Source: a virus (taxonomy: Duplodnaviria; Caudoviricetes). Taken from it: a stretch of 64,000 nt of DNA. The translations under genes and the position numbers were made by a program. The stretch covers positions 1,359-65,358 of IMG/VR virus record IMGVR_UViG_3300025154_000087. One strand, given 5' to 3'. Position 1 is the first letter of the stretch; each line of letters starts with the position of its first letter. Below, piece by piece: positions 55,848 through 64,000 of the stretch. Under the pieces are notes generated by a model, which saw only the letters and a program-made list of their open reading frames with translations, was not told the DNA's origin and ran no database searches.

Positions 55848-58049
55848 TTATATATTCCATTTAGGAGTTTTTATGGTCTTGTCAGAAATGAAAGATAACT
55901 GCCGGTCAATTCGATGAAGATTATAATAAATATTTACCATAAAATTGAGAACCTGTCGATTCAAAGAATGGGTAGGGCTATGTAAATCCACAGAAAAATC
56001 AAAGGAAGTATTAAGAAATTGATCGGTAAAAGTAAAAGAATCTGTCGTGGATACCAAACGGGAAGCAAGAACATTTAACTCATCAATCAAAGAGATCGTA
56101 TCGATCAAGTTAACTAAATGAGGAACATCAACAATTAAACTATCAGAAAAAGAAAAAGAATCAATTATCTCGGAACCATTCCCGATTACTGCTACTAAAT
56201 CTTCCACCAAAGAAAAAGAATCGATCAAATTGACTAAACTGGAATGGATAGCGCTTAATTCTTCGGCCAGCAATAAAGTATCGTTTGCTGATAGAACTTT
56301 ATTTGCTAATACTCCTAAGTCTTCTGTCAAAAGCAGAGAGTTATTCAAATTAGTTGTTTGCCCAGAATCCGGGATTGATACATCTTCCGTCAAGGATAAA
56401 CTATCCAGAATGGAAACAAACTTGGTAAGGTGAAGATCCAAATTTTCAACAAGGGTCAAAACATCGGGGACCGTAACAAGCTTTCCGGCCAATGATACCA
56501 GGGATTCCCCGAAAGACAAACCATCAACAGGGGATGAAGAAGCAGATAGAAGCGATAATAACTGTTCCGATAAAGATAGGGTTTCCTGTTGAATAAGAGA
56601 TAGATCGATTATTTCGGAATCATTAAACCCCATGGAGTTTGATATATCCAAGGATAAATGAGCTCTTGGAGTAACTTGGTCGGTAAGAAGGAAATCATCT
56701 GAAGGAGTAGAAACTAAATGACGATTAACAAGGACCCCATCAGTAAAAGTAATGGCATCCGTGACATCCAAGAGCCGAGTAACAATCAGATCGAGGGAAT
56801 CAATAAAAGAAAAGGAATCCGTACTCTCCAAGATCTTGTGAGACAAACTGCTTAACTGATCCACCCAAGACAAACCCTCGATTATTGTCTGGATCTTATG
56901 GGCAATAGAGCTAAGAGAATCAGACAAAGAAAAACTATCGATGGTTTCTTGGATCTTATGGGCAATAGGATTAAGAGTATCAGACAAAGAAAAACTATCG
57001 GTGGTTTCTTGGTTTTTATGAGCTATGGGGGCAATTGAATCGGACCAAGACAAACTATCAATGGTTTCTTGGTTTTTATGAGCGATTGGATTTACAGTTT
57101 CTGACCAAGAATAATTATCAGTCATCCCCTGAAGCTTATGGGCAATGGAGTTGATAGACTCCGACCAGGACAAACTATCTATTATGGTCGCTGTCTTCCT
57201 AATTACAGAGACGATTTCATCCGTTAAAGTTAAGGTGTCAGAAATGATGGATTTTTTAGCTAAAATCGTTACAAGGCTTTCAGAAAGGGAAAGCGTATTT
57301 GAAACCGGTAGAAATCGCCCTATATTGTTTTGATAGGAGCTGGTTATGGTAAGAGAATCACTAACTGATACCGATTGAGAGGGGAAATTTAAAGCAATAA
57401 CAGGGGCTGATTGGGTGTAACTATTAAAATCAGCGTCAGCCGCATTGGTATTTACAATCTTTAAGGAAATGGTATCAGATATGACCAATGAACCTTTAAT
57501 AATCTGGAATGAATATAAGACCTCCATCCCATTATTATTTAAGTCAGCAGTATTGCCCCCAGCAATACCATCTACTTCATCGAATCCCTCATTGGTTGTA
57601 TCAAAAGTAAAAGATGTTATTCGCTGGGTAGTGCTTGACCCATCTGTTATATTGGCGGTCGCTTTCGACTGAACAACAGCCGAAGAAGCAGTAACAGCAA
57701 CCCAAGACCCCGAATTAACCTTGTAGTATAAATGAGCTTTGGTATTGGAAGAGGTATTCCCTGACGTTTCAGCAAGTCCCTGTCGGAAAAAATAAGTAAC
57801 CCCTGTTGTCAAAGTAGGATTTTGATTGGAGTTCCCTATTTTAACAGAACCGGTTTGTGTTCCATCATTGTAAAAAGCCCAATCGCTTGCTTGTAGAGTT
57901 GGTGGAGTAGTGGCAAGGGCTAAAGGTCCCTCGTACCAATACCCTTCAGCGGACGTTTCCACATATCGCCGCTTTTGAGGATCCCAGATTGATTCACTCC
58001 GGGTATTAATCCAAGTTCTCTGCTGCACGATCCAACTTAACCCTTTCAA
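55848..58049 (-). CDS. Ser/Thr/Asp-rich repeat virion protein
   Basis: Long array of D-S-(L/F)-S-(L/W/F)-x-(D/E) units at about 20 aa period. Confidence 0.7.
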   Translation of the reverse strand: MKGLSWIVQQRTWINTRSESIWDPQKRRYVETSAEGYWYEGPLALATTPPTLQASDWAFYNDGTQTGSVKIGNSNQNPTLTTGVTYFFRQGLAETSGNTSSNTKAHLYYKVNSGSWVAVTASSAVVQSKATANITDGSSTTQRITSFTFDTTNEGFDEVDGIAGGNTADLNNNGMEVLYSFQIIKGSLVISDTISLKIVNTNAADADFNSYTQSAPVIALNFPSQSVSVSDSLTITSSYQNNIGRFLPVSNTLSLSESLVTILAKKSIISDTLTLTDEIVSVIRKTATIIDSLSWSESINSIAHKLQGMTDNYSWSETVNPIAHKNQETIDSLSWSDSIAPIAHKNQETTDSFSLSDTLNPIAHKIQETIDSFSLSDSLSSIAHKIQTIIEGLSWVDQLSSLSHKILESTDSFSFIDSLDLIVTRLLDVTDAITFTDGVLVNRHLVSTPSDDFLLTDQVTPRAHLSLDISNSMGFNDSEIIDLSLIQQETLSLSEQLLSLLSASSSPVDGLSFGESLVSLAGKLVTVPDVLTLVENLDLHLTKFVSILDSLSLTEDVSIPDSGQTTNLNNSLLLTEDLGVLANKVLSANDTLLLAEELSAIHSSLVNLIDSFSLVEDLVAVIGNGSEIIDSFSFSDSLIVDVPHLVNLIDTISLIDELNVLASRLVSTTDSFTFTDQFLNTSFDFSVDLHSPTHSLNRQVLNFMVNIYYNLHRIDRQLSFISDKTIKTPKWNI
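56881..57180. repeat. degenerate 60 bp coding tandem repeat
   Basis: Five consecutive 60 nt units align (TTATG...GAC-x-AAGA-x-AAACTATC). Confidence 0.85.
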
Positions 58050-58320
58050 AAACTTCGGAAAATGTCTTATTACTTACGATCTGACCAACACAAAACCCCT
58101 TTATTTCCCCTAAACGATGGACAAGGGAATCAATGATATCATTTTCATGAGCCGGAACCCAATACCCGTCTTTTACCATCATATAATAAGGAGCACTGTA
58201 TATGATGACATAACGATTATCCCACTCCTTTTGAAGGATAGCAATCACTCCAAAGCCAGGTGCTTCAGATGGGAGGCTAGAATAGGTACTCCCATCTGCG
58301 TAGTAAATCCGATAACCCAT
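58006..58320 (-). CDS. hypothetical protein
   Basis: RIYYADGST start; packed in head module. Confidence 0.65.
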   Translation of the reverse strand: MGYRIYYADGSTYSSLPSEAPGFGVIAILQKEWDNRYVIIYSAPYYMMVKDGYWVPAHENDIIDSLVHRLGEIKGFCVGQIVSNKTFSEVFERVKLDRAAENLD

Positions 58321-58829
58321 TACGCATTGACCGTGTAGGTGATATCCAGGGTTTCCCCTTGGGCCAGAGTCTTCGTGATATCATTATCGGAAAAAAGAAC
58401 ACCATCTCCCGTTGCGGTATCACCTTTGTCGTCAATCGTTGCTGCGGCAGATGGACTTCCAACAAGACCAATACCAGTAGCAGTAATACCGCCAGTGGAT
58501 GCCGTAATTGTTGCGGGAGTACCATTTGTTATTGATTGAGAACCAGCAGCACCTTCATCCCAGGCTTGCCGATTTGCTTCATCGTAGTTCGATGATTCAG
58601 TTCTGTTCGGAGTAGCATAGGTATTCCCCGCAGCAGCAGAACCAGATGTATAAATCCTGAAGTACCAGGCAGCAGGAGCAGTATCACCACCCAAAGCATA
58701 GTTCAAAGCAGCGTTTTTTCCTTCATTGGTAATGAGATTTGGTACCTCTTCCACACTCAGGACTTTTCCATTGATATCTTTATGTACCAAAGTATATACA
58801 CCAGCCCAACCTAACTTATTTGTTTTCAT
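58320..58829 (-). CDS. virion structural protein
   Basis: NLITNEGK...R-x-x-W...G-x-TL-x-ITY pattern of fibre-base proteins. Confidence 0.65.
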   Translation of the reverse strand: MKTNKLGWAGVYTLVHKDINGKVLSVEEVPNLITNEGKNAALNYALGGDTAPAAWYFRIYTSGSAAAGNTYATPNRTESSNYDEANRQAWDEGAAGSQSITNGTPATITASTGGITATGIGLVGSPSAAATIDDKGDTATGDGVLFSDNDITKTLAQGETLDITYTVNA

Positions 58830-58841
58830 TGCTTGTACCCT

Positions 58842-60236
58842 TTATAAATTTTCTGTTTCATCATCCCCAGAACCATCAGGTTCAGTAGGAATAATATCTT
58901 TGGAGGCCTCAAGAATACGTTCAACTTTATCCGGGGGTAACTCCATAATTTCTTCCAAGAATGCTTTAAAAGAAAGGATCAATTGAGTATCAGGGGAAGC
59001 CGTGTATTTTGCAATAGCTTCTGACCGAATCCGACCGATCTCAGACTTATCCTTGTCTGAAGGAGCAGACAAATCAGGCCACTCGACCACATAACCATCT
59101 TCAGGTAATTGCAAAACCCCAACTTCCCCTAATTTATCGATCAAAGGACGAATGATAGTTGGTTCATTAAAATGGGTCCGTCTATGATCCATTTTCTTAT
59201 CCCAGACTTTTGCATCCTGGTCCGAACTCAATTCTCCTCTCTCACTTCCTTCTAAGATCCTTTTTGGAATACCGCTTGCAATAGAGATCATGGTCATCTG
59301 CACATCAACATGACTCTTTGGATCAGAAACAGTCGGGGCTAAATTCTTAACATCCATCCCCGAGAGCTTCATATACCTCTCCATCTTATGGACGTAGTTT
59401 TCGATTTCTGTCTGGAAAGCAGCAACGGTAGGAGAAGTAGGGTCGATGTCTTCATCCATAATGAAAGCAAGCCCCGGGAAAGCACCTTGCCAAAACATTT
59501 CGGCAGAACCACCAACTATAAGTTCCAAGTTAAGCAGTCGATGAAAAACTTTTTCCAAACGGGGAAGACCATATATATTAGACTCGACCAAATTATCAGC
59601 AATATGAATAATCCGAGAATAATGAACAAGGGTTTCAACATAGGAACTAGTACCCGGAGCAGTTTCAATACGAAGTCCATAAATAAGTGGTTGTCCGAAT
59701 CGAGGACTTTTTTGATCAGTATCAAAGGTTTTGATAGCGGCATTATCTTCAGAATATGGTTGGAGATATAAGAGATTGGAAGCACTTACAATAGGCTCAT
59801 TCAAGTTTGCAGAATCATCGAAGCCTAAAAGAAGAACACCATACCTTCCAATTCCGGAGACCAAATCTGCCCGAGCCAAGATACTGTTGATATGAAGTTT
59901 TTTCTCTAAGTCATCCCAGGCATATCGAAAAGTATCTTCCGGATCATCCCATGCATGAATGATCGGGGATTCCGACCAAGAATCATCAACGGGCTTACTT
60001 AATATCCGGTTAGCAACATCATGCCGGCGAAATTTATAGTAATAATCAGCATAAGTGATAGCATCTAATCTAGGATAACCAAGGGCCGTTGAAACATCCC
60101 GAGCCCCGTCAAAAGTAGTGGTCCCCCCATAAGTGGAACGGGAAGTCAAAATAGTATTAAGCAACATCCGTTGTAAAGTACTGACATCCGTTGTCTTTTT
60201 TTGGGAAACATTATATTTTTTCGATCTTCGTCGCAT
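58842..60236 (-). CDS. portal protein (DUF1073-like)
   Basis: VH-x-SR-x-IH, G-x-P-x-LE, GGSAE-x-FW, IP-x-RIL-x-GSE-x-GEL-x-S-x-QD. Confidence 0.9.
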   Translation of the reverse strand: MRRRSKKYNVSQKKTTDVSTLQRMLLNTILTSRSTYGGTTTFDGARDVSTALGYPRLDAITYADYYYKFRRHDVANRILSKPVDDSWSESPIIHAWDDPEDTFRYAWDDLEKKLHINSILARADLVSGIGRYGVLLLGFDDSANLNEPIVSASNLLYLQPYSEDNAAIKTFDTDQKSPRFGQPLIYGLRIETAPGTSSYVETLVHYSRIIHIADNLVESNIYGLPRLEKVFHRLLNLELIVGGSAEMFWQGAFPGLAFIMDEDIDPTSPTVAAFQTEIENYVHKMERYMKLSGMDVKNLAPTVSDPKSHVDVQMTMISIASGIPKRILEGSERGELSSDQDAKVWDKKMDHRRTHFNEPTIIRPLIDKLGEVGVLQLPEDGYVVEWPDLSAPSDKDKSEIGRIRSEAIAKYTASPDTQLILSFKAFLEEIMELPPDKVERILEASKDIIPTEPDGSGDDETENL

Positions 60237-60240
60237 GGGA

Positions 60241-61884
60241 TCACCACGTTAAAACTTTCTTATGAGAATCTGCGGGAAACATTGCCATGACACAAGCATC
60301 AGCAAGGTTCGGGGAACGAGTACCGGGGGGTTTTTTATTGATCACAATCTTTCCCGTACCGTCAGGGGCATAGGTAGGTTGACTTAACTCATTGACAAGT
60401 TGATCCAAAAAAGGTAAATCAGACGGAATACTTATTAATTCATTATAATCGAAAATTTCACCTTTGTTAATCATTTTATATGTTTTTTCAAATCTATTTC
60501 TAATTGACCACCAACCTTGAGCTTTTAGATTCTTGAAGAAGTCTTTATTTATGGGGGATTCTTTATCCCCTTCAATAATATGCTTCTCTGGATATAAAAC
60601 TCCTTTAGAAGCGTTCCACTTCTGAATATGTAGATTTTTTGGTAAAAGATCGGCCTCTAATAATCGATTAGTTTCAGACTTGACCCCAGCACCAACCCCA
60701 ATACAATCGTACTGGAAACTCTTTATCTTCAATAACTTACAATGAACAATTGATCTTCTCGTTGCTTCTCCTGTATCCCCTACATACCACTGATCAGCAA
60801 AAGTCACAACCGACCCCTTTCTTGCAATAAAAGAATGGGCATCCCCACCTTCGTCGAAAGGATCCAGGGCCGCGTATTCTTTCCCTTCAGCTTCAAACCC
60901 CAACCTTTTATGAGCATCAATAGCTGCTTTAACCCAATGACCCTGAATCAAAGTTCCAGCGACAGCCGAGGAGTAGTCCCGGTCAACTTCCTGGCGGAAT
61001 AGTGTTACTAGACCTTCCCTTTCAGCTTTTTGCAATCGAGAATCATACCATTCTTGAGTTTTCAGTGGATGGTCTCGCCAATCCAGGATAAAAACCCTCG
61101 TTACCCCTTTAGGAATTTCCGTATCCCCAGGAGTCCAAACATAACCGCTCATCCGCCGACGATAAAAGATGTTATTGGGACCATTAACAGAAGAAAAGTC
61201 AATCTGAATATTGGTATTATCACCCAAGGCTGCTTCTATCCTTTCCGGTTGTTCATAGTGAGCAGACTCATCCTTAAAATAAATTAATTTTCTACCACCA
61301 CGACCAATATCTTTACCGACTTCCCCCGTGATTGTAGAACCAGTCTCAGGGTTAACCACCTTCATGTAGTTACAATGCTTATCGTAATTAAACCCCAATG
61401 GAAGAAGAAAAGTTGGGATATAACGAAGGATAATTCGGATCTTTTCAAAGATAGAATCAGGATTGCCTAATTGATCAACAAAAATTTCTTTACGGGAACC
61501 CCAACCAATAGCAGCACCAGGGTGGAATAGAAACAACCAAACAGAAAAGGCACAGCAAACCCAAGTAGCCCCCATATCCCGAGATTTCTCAACTAATCCG
61601 CAGACAACATCATTAAGACAACCAACAAGGAACTCAACTAAATCAACTTGTCGAGGAAATAGAATGAAGGGGAGAGTAGTAGGTAAAAGATTAGAAGTTG
61701 TATTACGAGGGTCATAGGTAATACACCAATCCAGGATGAATTCAACAGGTCGATCTTTATAATAGACCTTGGCTCCTTTTTGAAGAACAGGATCCGCCAA
61801 TAAGGCTTTAAATCGACGGATCCTTTCATTGAAAATAGCCGTATAGGGATTATATGGCCAGATATCATCTGTGATTAAATCCAT
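60241..61884 (-). CDS. terL: terminase large subunit
   Basis: EKSRDMGATW, GRGGR, FKDE Walker B, ALD, YD-x-IGVG, SPNLADA. Confidence 0.95.
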   Translation of the reverse strand: MDLITDDIWPYNPYTAIFNERIRRFKALLADPVLQKGAKVYYKDRPVEFILDWCITYDPRNTTSNLLPTTLPFILFPRQVDLVEFLVGCLNDVVCGLVEKSRDMGATWVCCAFSVWLFLFHPGAAIGWGSRKEIFVDQLGNPDSIFEKIRIILRYIPTFLLPLGFNYDKHCNYMKVVNPETGSTITGEVGKDIGRGGRKLIYFKDESAHYEQPERIEAALGDNTNIQIDFSSVNGPNNIFYRRRMSGYVWTPGDTEIPKGVTRVFILDWRDHPLKTQEWYDSRLQKAEREGLVTLFRQEVDRDYSSAVAGTLIQGHWVKAAIDAHKRLGFEAEGKEYAALDPFDEGGDAHSFIARKGSVVTFADQWYVGDTGEATRRSIVHCKLLKIKSFQYDCIGVGAGVKSETNRLLEADLLPKNLHIQKWNASKGVLYPEKHIIEGDKESPINKDFFKNLKAQGWWSIRNRFEKTYKMINKGEIFDYNELISIPSDLPFLDQLVNELSQPTYAPDGTGKIVINKKPPGTRSPNLADACVMAMFPADSHKKVLTW

Positions 61885-62121
61885 TTATTCCACAATTTCT
61901 GAGGGCCAAACGGAACCCCCTTCCAGAACTTTCTGTTGGGCTAGAAGTTCCTTCATCTCATATAAAGCCCCGAGTTTTTCGGTAAGATCAATAATGGCAT
62001 CATTGCAGGCAACCATGGAGGGGTCCAACTTTTGCACACAGAGAAAATTACGAAGAACTCCACACTCTAAGTGCTTCTTATCCAACATCCTGATTAACTT
62101 CTTAGAAAACTCTTGTTCCAT
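61885..62121 (-). CDS. hypothetical protein
   Basis: 78 aa between terS and terL. Confidence 0.55.
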   Translation of the reverse strand: MEQEFSKKLIRMLDKKHLECGVLRNFLCVQKLDPSMVACNDAIIDLTEKLGALYEMKELLAQQKVLEGGSVWPSEIVE

Positions 62122-62122
62122 G

Positions 62123-62779
62123 TTATTCTCCTACGGACCGAATTAATTCTGAATAACGTTGAGCCGCTTCTTTGGGGTCCATGTCATTATCCAGAGTAGC
62201 ATGTACTCCAGCGAAAATAACCTTCTCCGGAGCGTTCATATTTTTCATTCTTTCCAATCGACCAAGGGCAGCCGACTTATCCCATAGTTTAAGTTTGCAT
62301 CTTTTATTACCATTCTCTAAGTAAGTAATTTCGATACTGCTGATTGCAGCAGTCATCGACCGAGGAAGTTCTTTCAATTTGGCTGGATCGATCCCTCCTT
62401 CTTCATCCAGGTAATCAACAATATCTGAAAAGGCAATTGACTGTTCTTCTTGCCAAATGCGGTCGGCACTTTGGGCAAAACGTTCTACCAGGATTCGGTC
62501 CCATTTGCGGAGGAATGGCAAGATTTTTTTATGCTGAGCCAATCGACCCCCAGAGACTGAAGCACCAGCGTTTGTCAATGGAATCGGAGAAGCAAACTTA
62601 GCACAATCTCCCCAAGTCCAACCTCTTAAATCTCGGAGCCCATAACCAATGATAAATTTCTGCTGTTTCACAGTGAGAGCCAGGAATTCGGGGTCATCCC
62701 GGAAGGGAGAACTGTCCCATAGTTCCTTGATAACTCCCGGTGTGTTTTGTTCCATTATTTCGGCAAATGACATTCCCAT
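62123..62779 (-). CDS. terS: terminase small subunit
   Basis: LT-x-KQQKF, IAFSDI-x-DY, KL-x-DK-x-x-AL-x-x-L; upstream of terL. Confidence 0.8.
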   Translation of the reverse strand: MGMSFAEIMEQNTPGVIKELWDSSPFRDDPEFLALTVKQQKFIIGYGLRDLRGWTWGDCAKFASPIPLTNAGASVSGGRLAQHKKILPFLRKWDRILVERFAQSADRIWQEEQSIAFSDIVDYLDEEGGIDPAKLKELPRSMTAAISSIEITYLENGNKRCKLKLWDKSAALGRLERMKNMNAPEKVIFAGVHATLDNDMDPKEAAQRYSELIRSVGE

Positions 62780-62787
62780 CTCTACAA

Positions 62788-62852
62788 CCTCATAATTTTA
62801 CTGAGAAATAATTCCTCATAATTTTACTGAGAAATAATTCCTCATAATTTTA
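62788..62852. repeat. exact 26 bp tandem repeat, 2.5 copies
   Basis: CCTCATAATTTTACTGAGAAATAATT at 62788 and 62814, partial at 62840. Confidence 0.95.
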
Positions 62853-62859
62853 TATCCAT

Positions 62860-62888
62860 ATAATAATATTTATTTACTGTTTTGTAAC
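62860..62888 (-). promoter_or_regulatory. promoter for packaging/structural arm
   Basis: GTTACA-N17-TATTAT on minus strand, same family as the TTTACA promoters. Confidence 0.5.
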
Positions 62889-62899
62889 TCTCTTTTTTA

Positions 62900-63245
62900 C
62901 CAGGTTGTCCAACCCATACCACAACCCGGGACATTGGGACAGAGTCGGGACAGCATTTGGACAGTTCTTTTTTTAATAATATCATATATTTATTTAACTG
63001 TCCCAACTGTCCCGACTTGAAAATGGGTTGTAATCAAATGACCATTTTACGGCTAAATAATTTACTCATCGAAAAGTATTATACGGCTAGCCGTACCGTA
63101 CCAAAAACTACCAAAAGAAATACCCTGGCGGGACAGGCAGGACAGTCGGGACAGACCTCGATAGATTATTGATATCATTGAAAAAACCCTGTCCTTATAC
63201 CACATCTTAGACTCAGTTTGGGGGCGGGCCAGTCGGGACACGACC
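62900..63245. repeat. non-coding region with GGGACA/TGTCCC iteron-like motifs
   Basis: About ten GGACA-type motifs in both orientations flanking AT-rich tracts. Confidence 0.7.
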
Positions 63246-63247
63246 AT

Positions 63248-64000
63248 TTAGAAGGGTTCTTTTAGATGAATTTCGTAATCGTCCAATAAGTCAATCTCAC
63301 GATCGGAATCGGACAGTCGATCAATAATGTCGGGATCTTCCCATTCAACATCATACTCTTCAGAGAAATATTCCCGGCAAGCCTCAAGAGATGGTACTTT
63401 TATGGCATATATCCTCTCTCGAGCCCCATCAATCAGAGGACCAAATCTTTTTCTTATTTTTTCATGAAGTAAATATTTCCCCAAATCCCGACTGAAATCT
63501 ATATATGAATCCTTATAGTTATACCTTTGTCGATTACAAAAAGACTCGAAATATTCATATAATTTATCTTTAAGAACATATGTCTTCCAGCCCTTATGTA
63601 TTGGGTGTAAAGTACCTCTGACCAAAAGGTTATGGACAAATCTTTTTATAGGAGAATTTTCCCGAGTATACTGATCGAAACCGGCCGCTGTTTTAGGGGA
63701 TTGAATCAAGTCTTCCATAGTCCATGGAAGGTGCAAAAGATCATAGAGCATTGCCTGATAACCCCCATTATCCATTTGCTCTTGTATCCGCTTGAAATGT
63801 TTGATATCATTGATATAAGTATCATCTACATCGAACACCACGAACCGGCGATCATGATCTTGAATAGGAACAACCCATTTCTCATTCGAATTCATCCATA
63901 TATTTAAGTGGTTAGCAATGGTTATAATTTCAATCCCTTTCTTTTCGATCGATAAAGTATGAGAGGTTATTCGGTCCTTTAATTTCCCCACTTGACTTCG
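63248..64000 (-). CDS. C-terminus of primase-associated SF3/D5-like helicase, truncated by window edge
   Basis: LK-x-x-IT...IE-x-KG...N-x-x-x-x-SN...DRRF motifs. Confidence 0.85.
   Translation of the reverse strand, partial: RSQVGKLKDRITSHTLSIEKKGIEIITIANHLNIWMNSNEKWVVPIQDHDRRFVVFDVDDTYINDIKHFKRIQEQMDNGGYQAMLYDLLHLPWTMEDLIQSPKTAAGFDQYTRENSPIKRFVHNLLVRGTLHPIHKGWKTYVLKDKLYEYFESFCNRQRYNYKDSYIDFSRDLGKYLLHEKIRKRFGPLIDGARERIYAIKVPSLEACREYFSEEYDVEWEDPDIIDRLSDSDREIDLLDDYEIHLKEPF

Noticed and set aside
62788-62852. CRISPR array (also considered for 30016..30137)
   Set aside because: Repeats are contiguous with no spacers, and no cas genes are present.
1-64000. Genome-wide TGA reassignment suggested by in-frame TGAs at 9320 and 54459
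   Set aside because: TGA is a real stop in many ATGA gene overlaps (for example 6758-6761 and 20768-20771), and long genes are intact in the standard code.

Overview
The window is almost the whole genome of a dsDNA tailed phage (siphovirus-like, no integrase seen). The N-terminus of a primase starts at 233 and runs off the left edge, and a D5/SF3-type helicase C-terminus enters at the right edge on the same strand, so the genome is probably circular or permuted with only a small gap missing. A divergent sigma70-type promoter pair at about 2800 drives two arms. The + arm (2.9-27 kb) carries replication and nucleotide metabolism genes: SNF2 helicase, exonuclease, SSB-like protein, family A polymerase and resolvase. 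The - arm (64-27 kb, plus 2.7 kb-1) carries terminase, portal, MuF, capsid, tail and lysis genes. The best candidate for an undescribed system is a cytosine hypermodification cluster at 13.2-18.4 kb: dNMP kinase, asparagine-synthetase-like amidotransferase, dCTPase, a C5-methyltransferase homologue with a remodelled cofactor pocket, an Asp177-type (dCMP-specific) thymidylate synthase homologue and dCMP deaminase. Other notable items are a 6.7 kb glycosyl-/sulfo-/methyltransferase island inside the capsid operon, a MuF gene in frame with an ADP-ribosyltransferase across a single TGA, a tRNA-like RNA with a large structured insert, and a three-copy 5' leader with two alternative folds over the Shine-Dalgarno. 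All calls come from motif reading only; no database searches were run.
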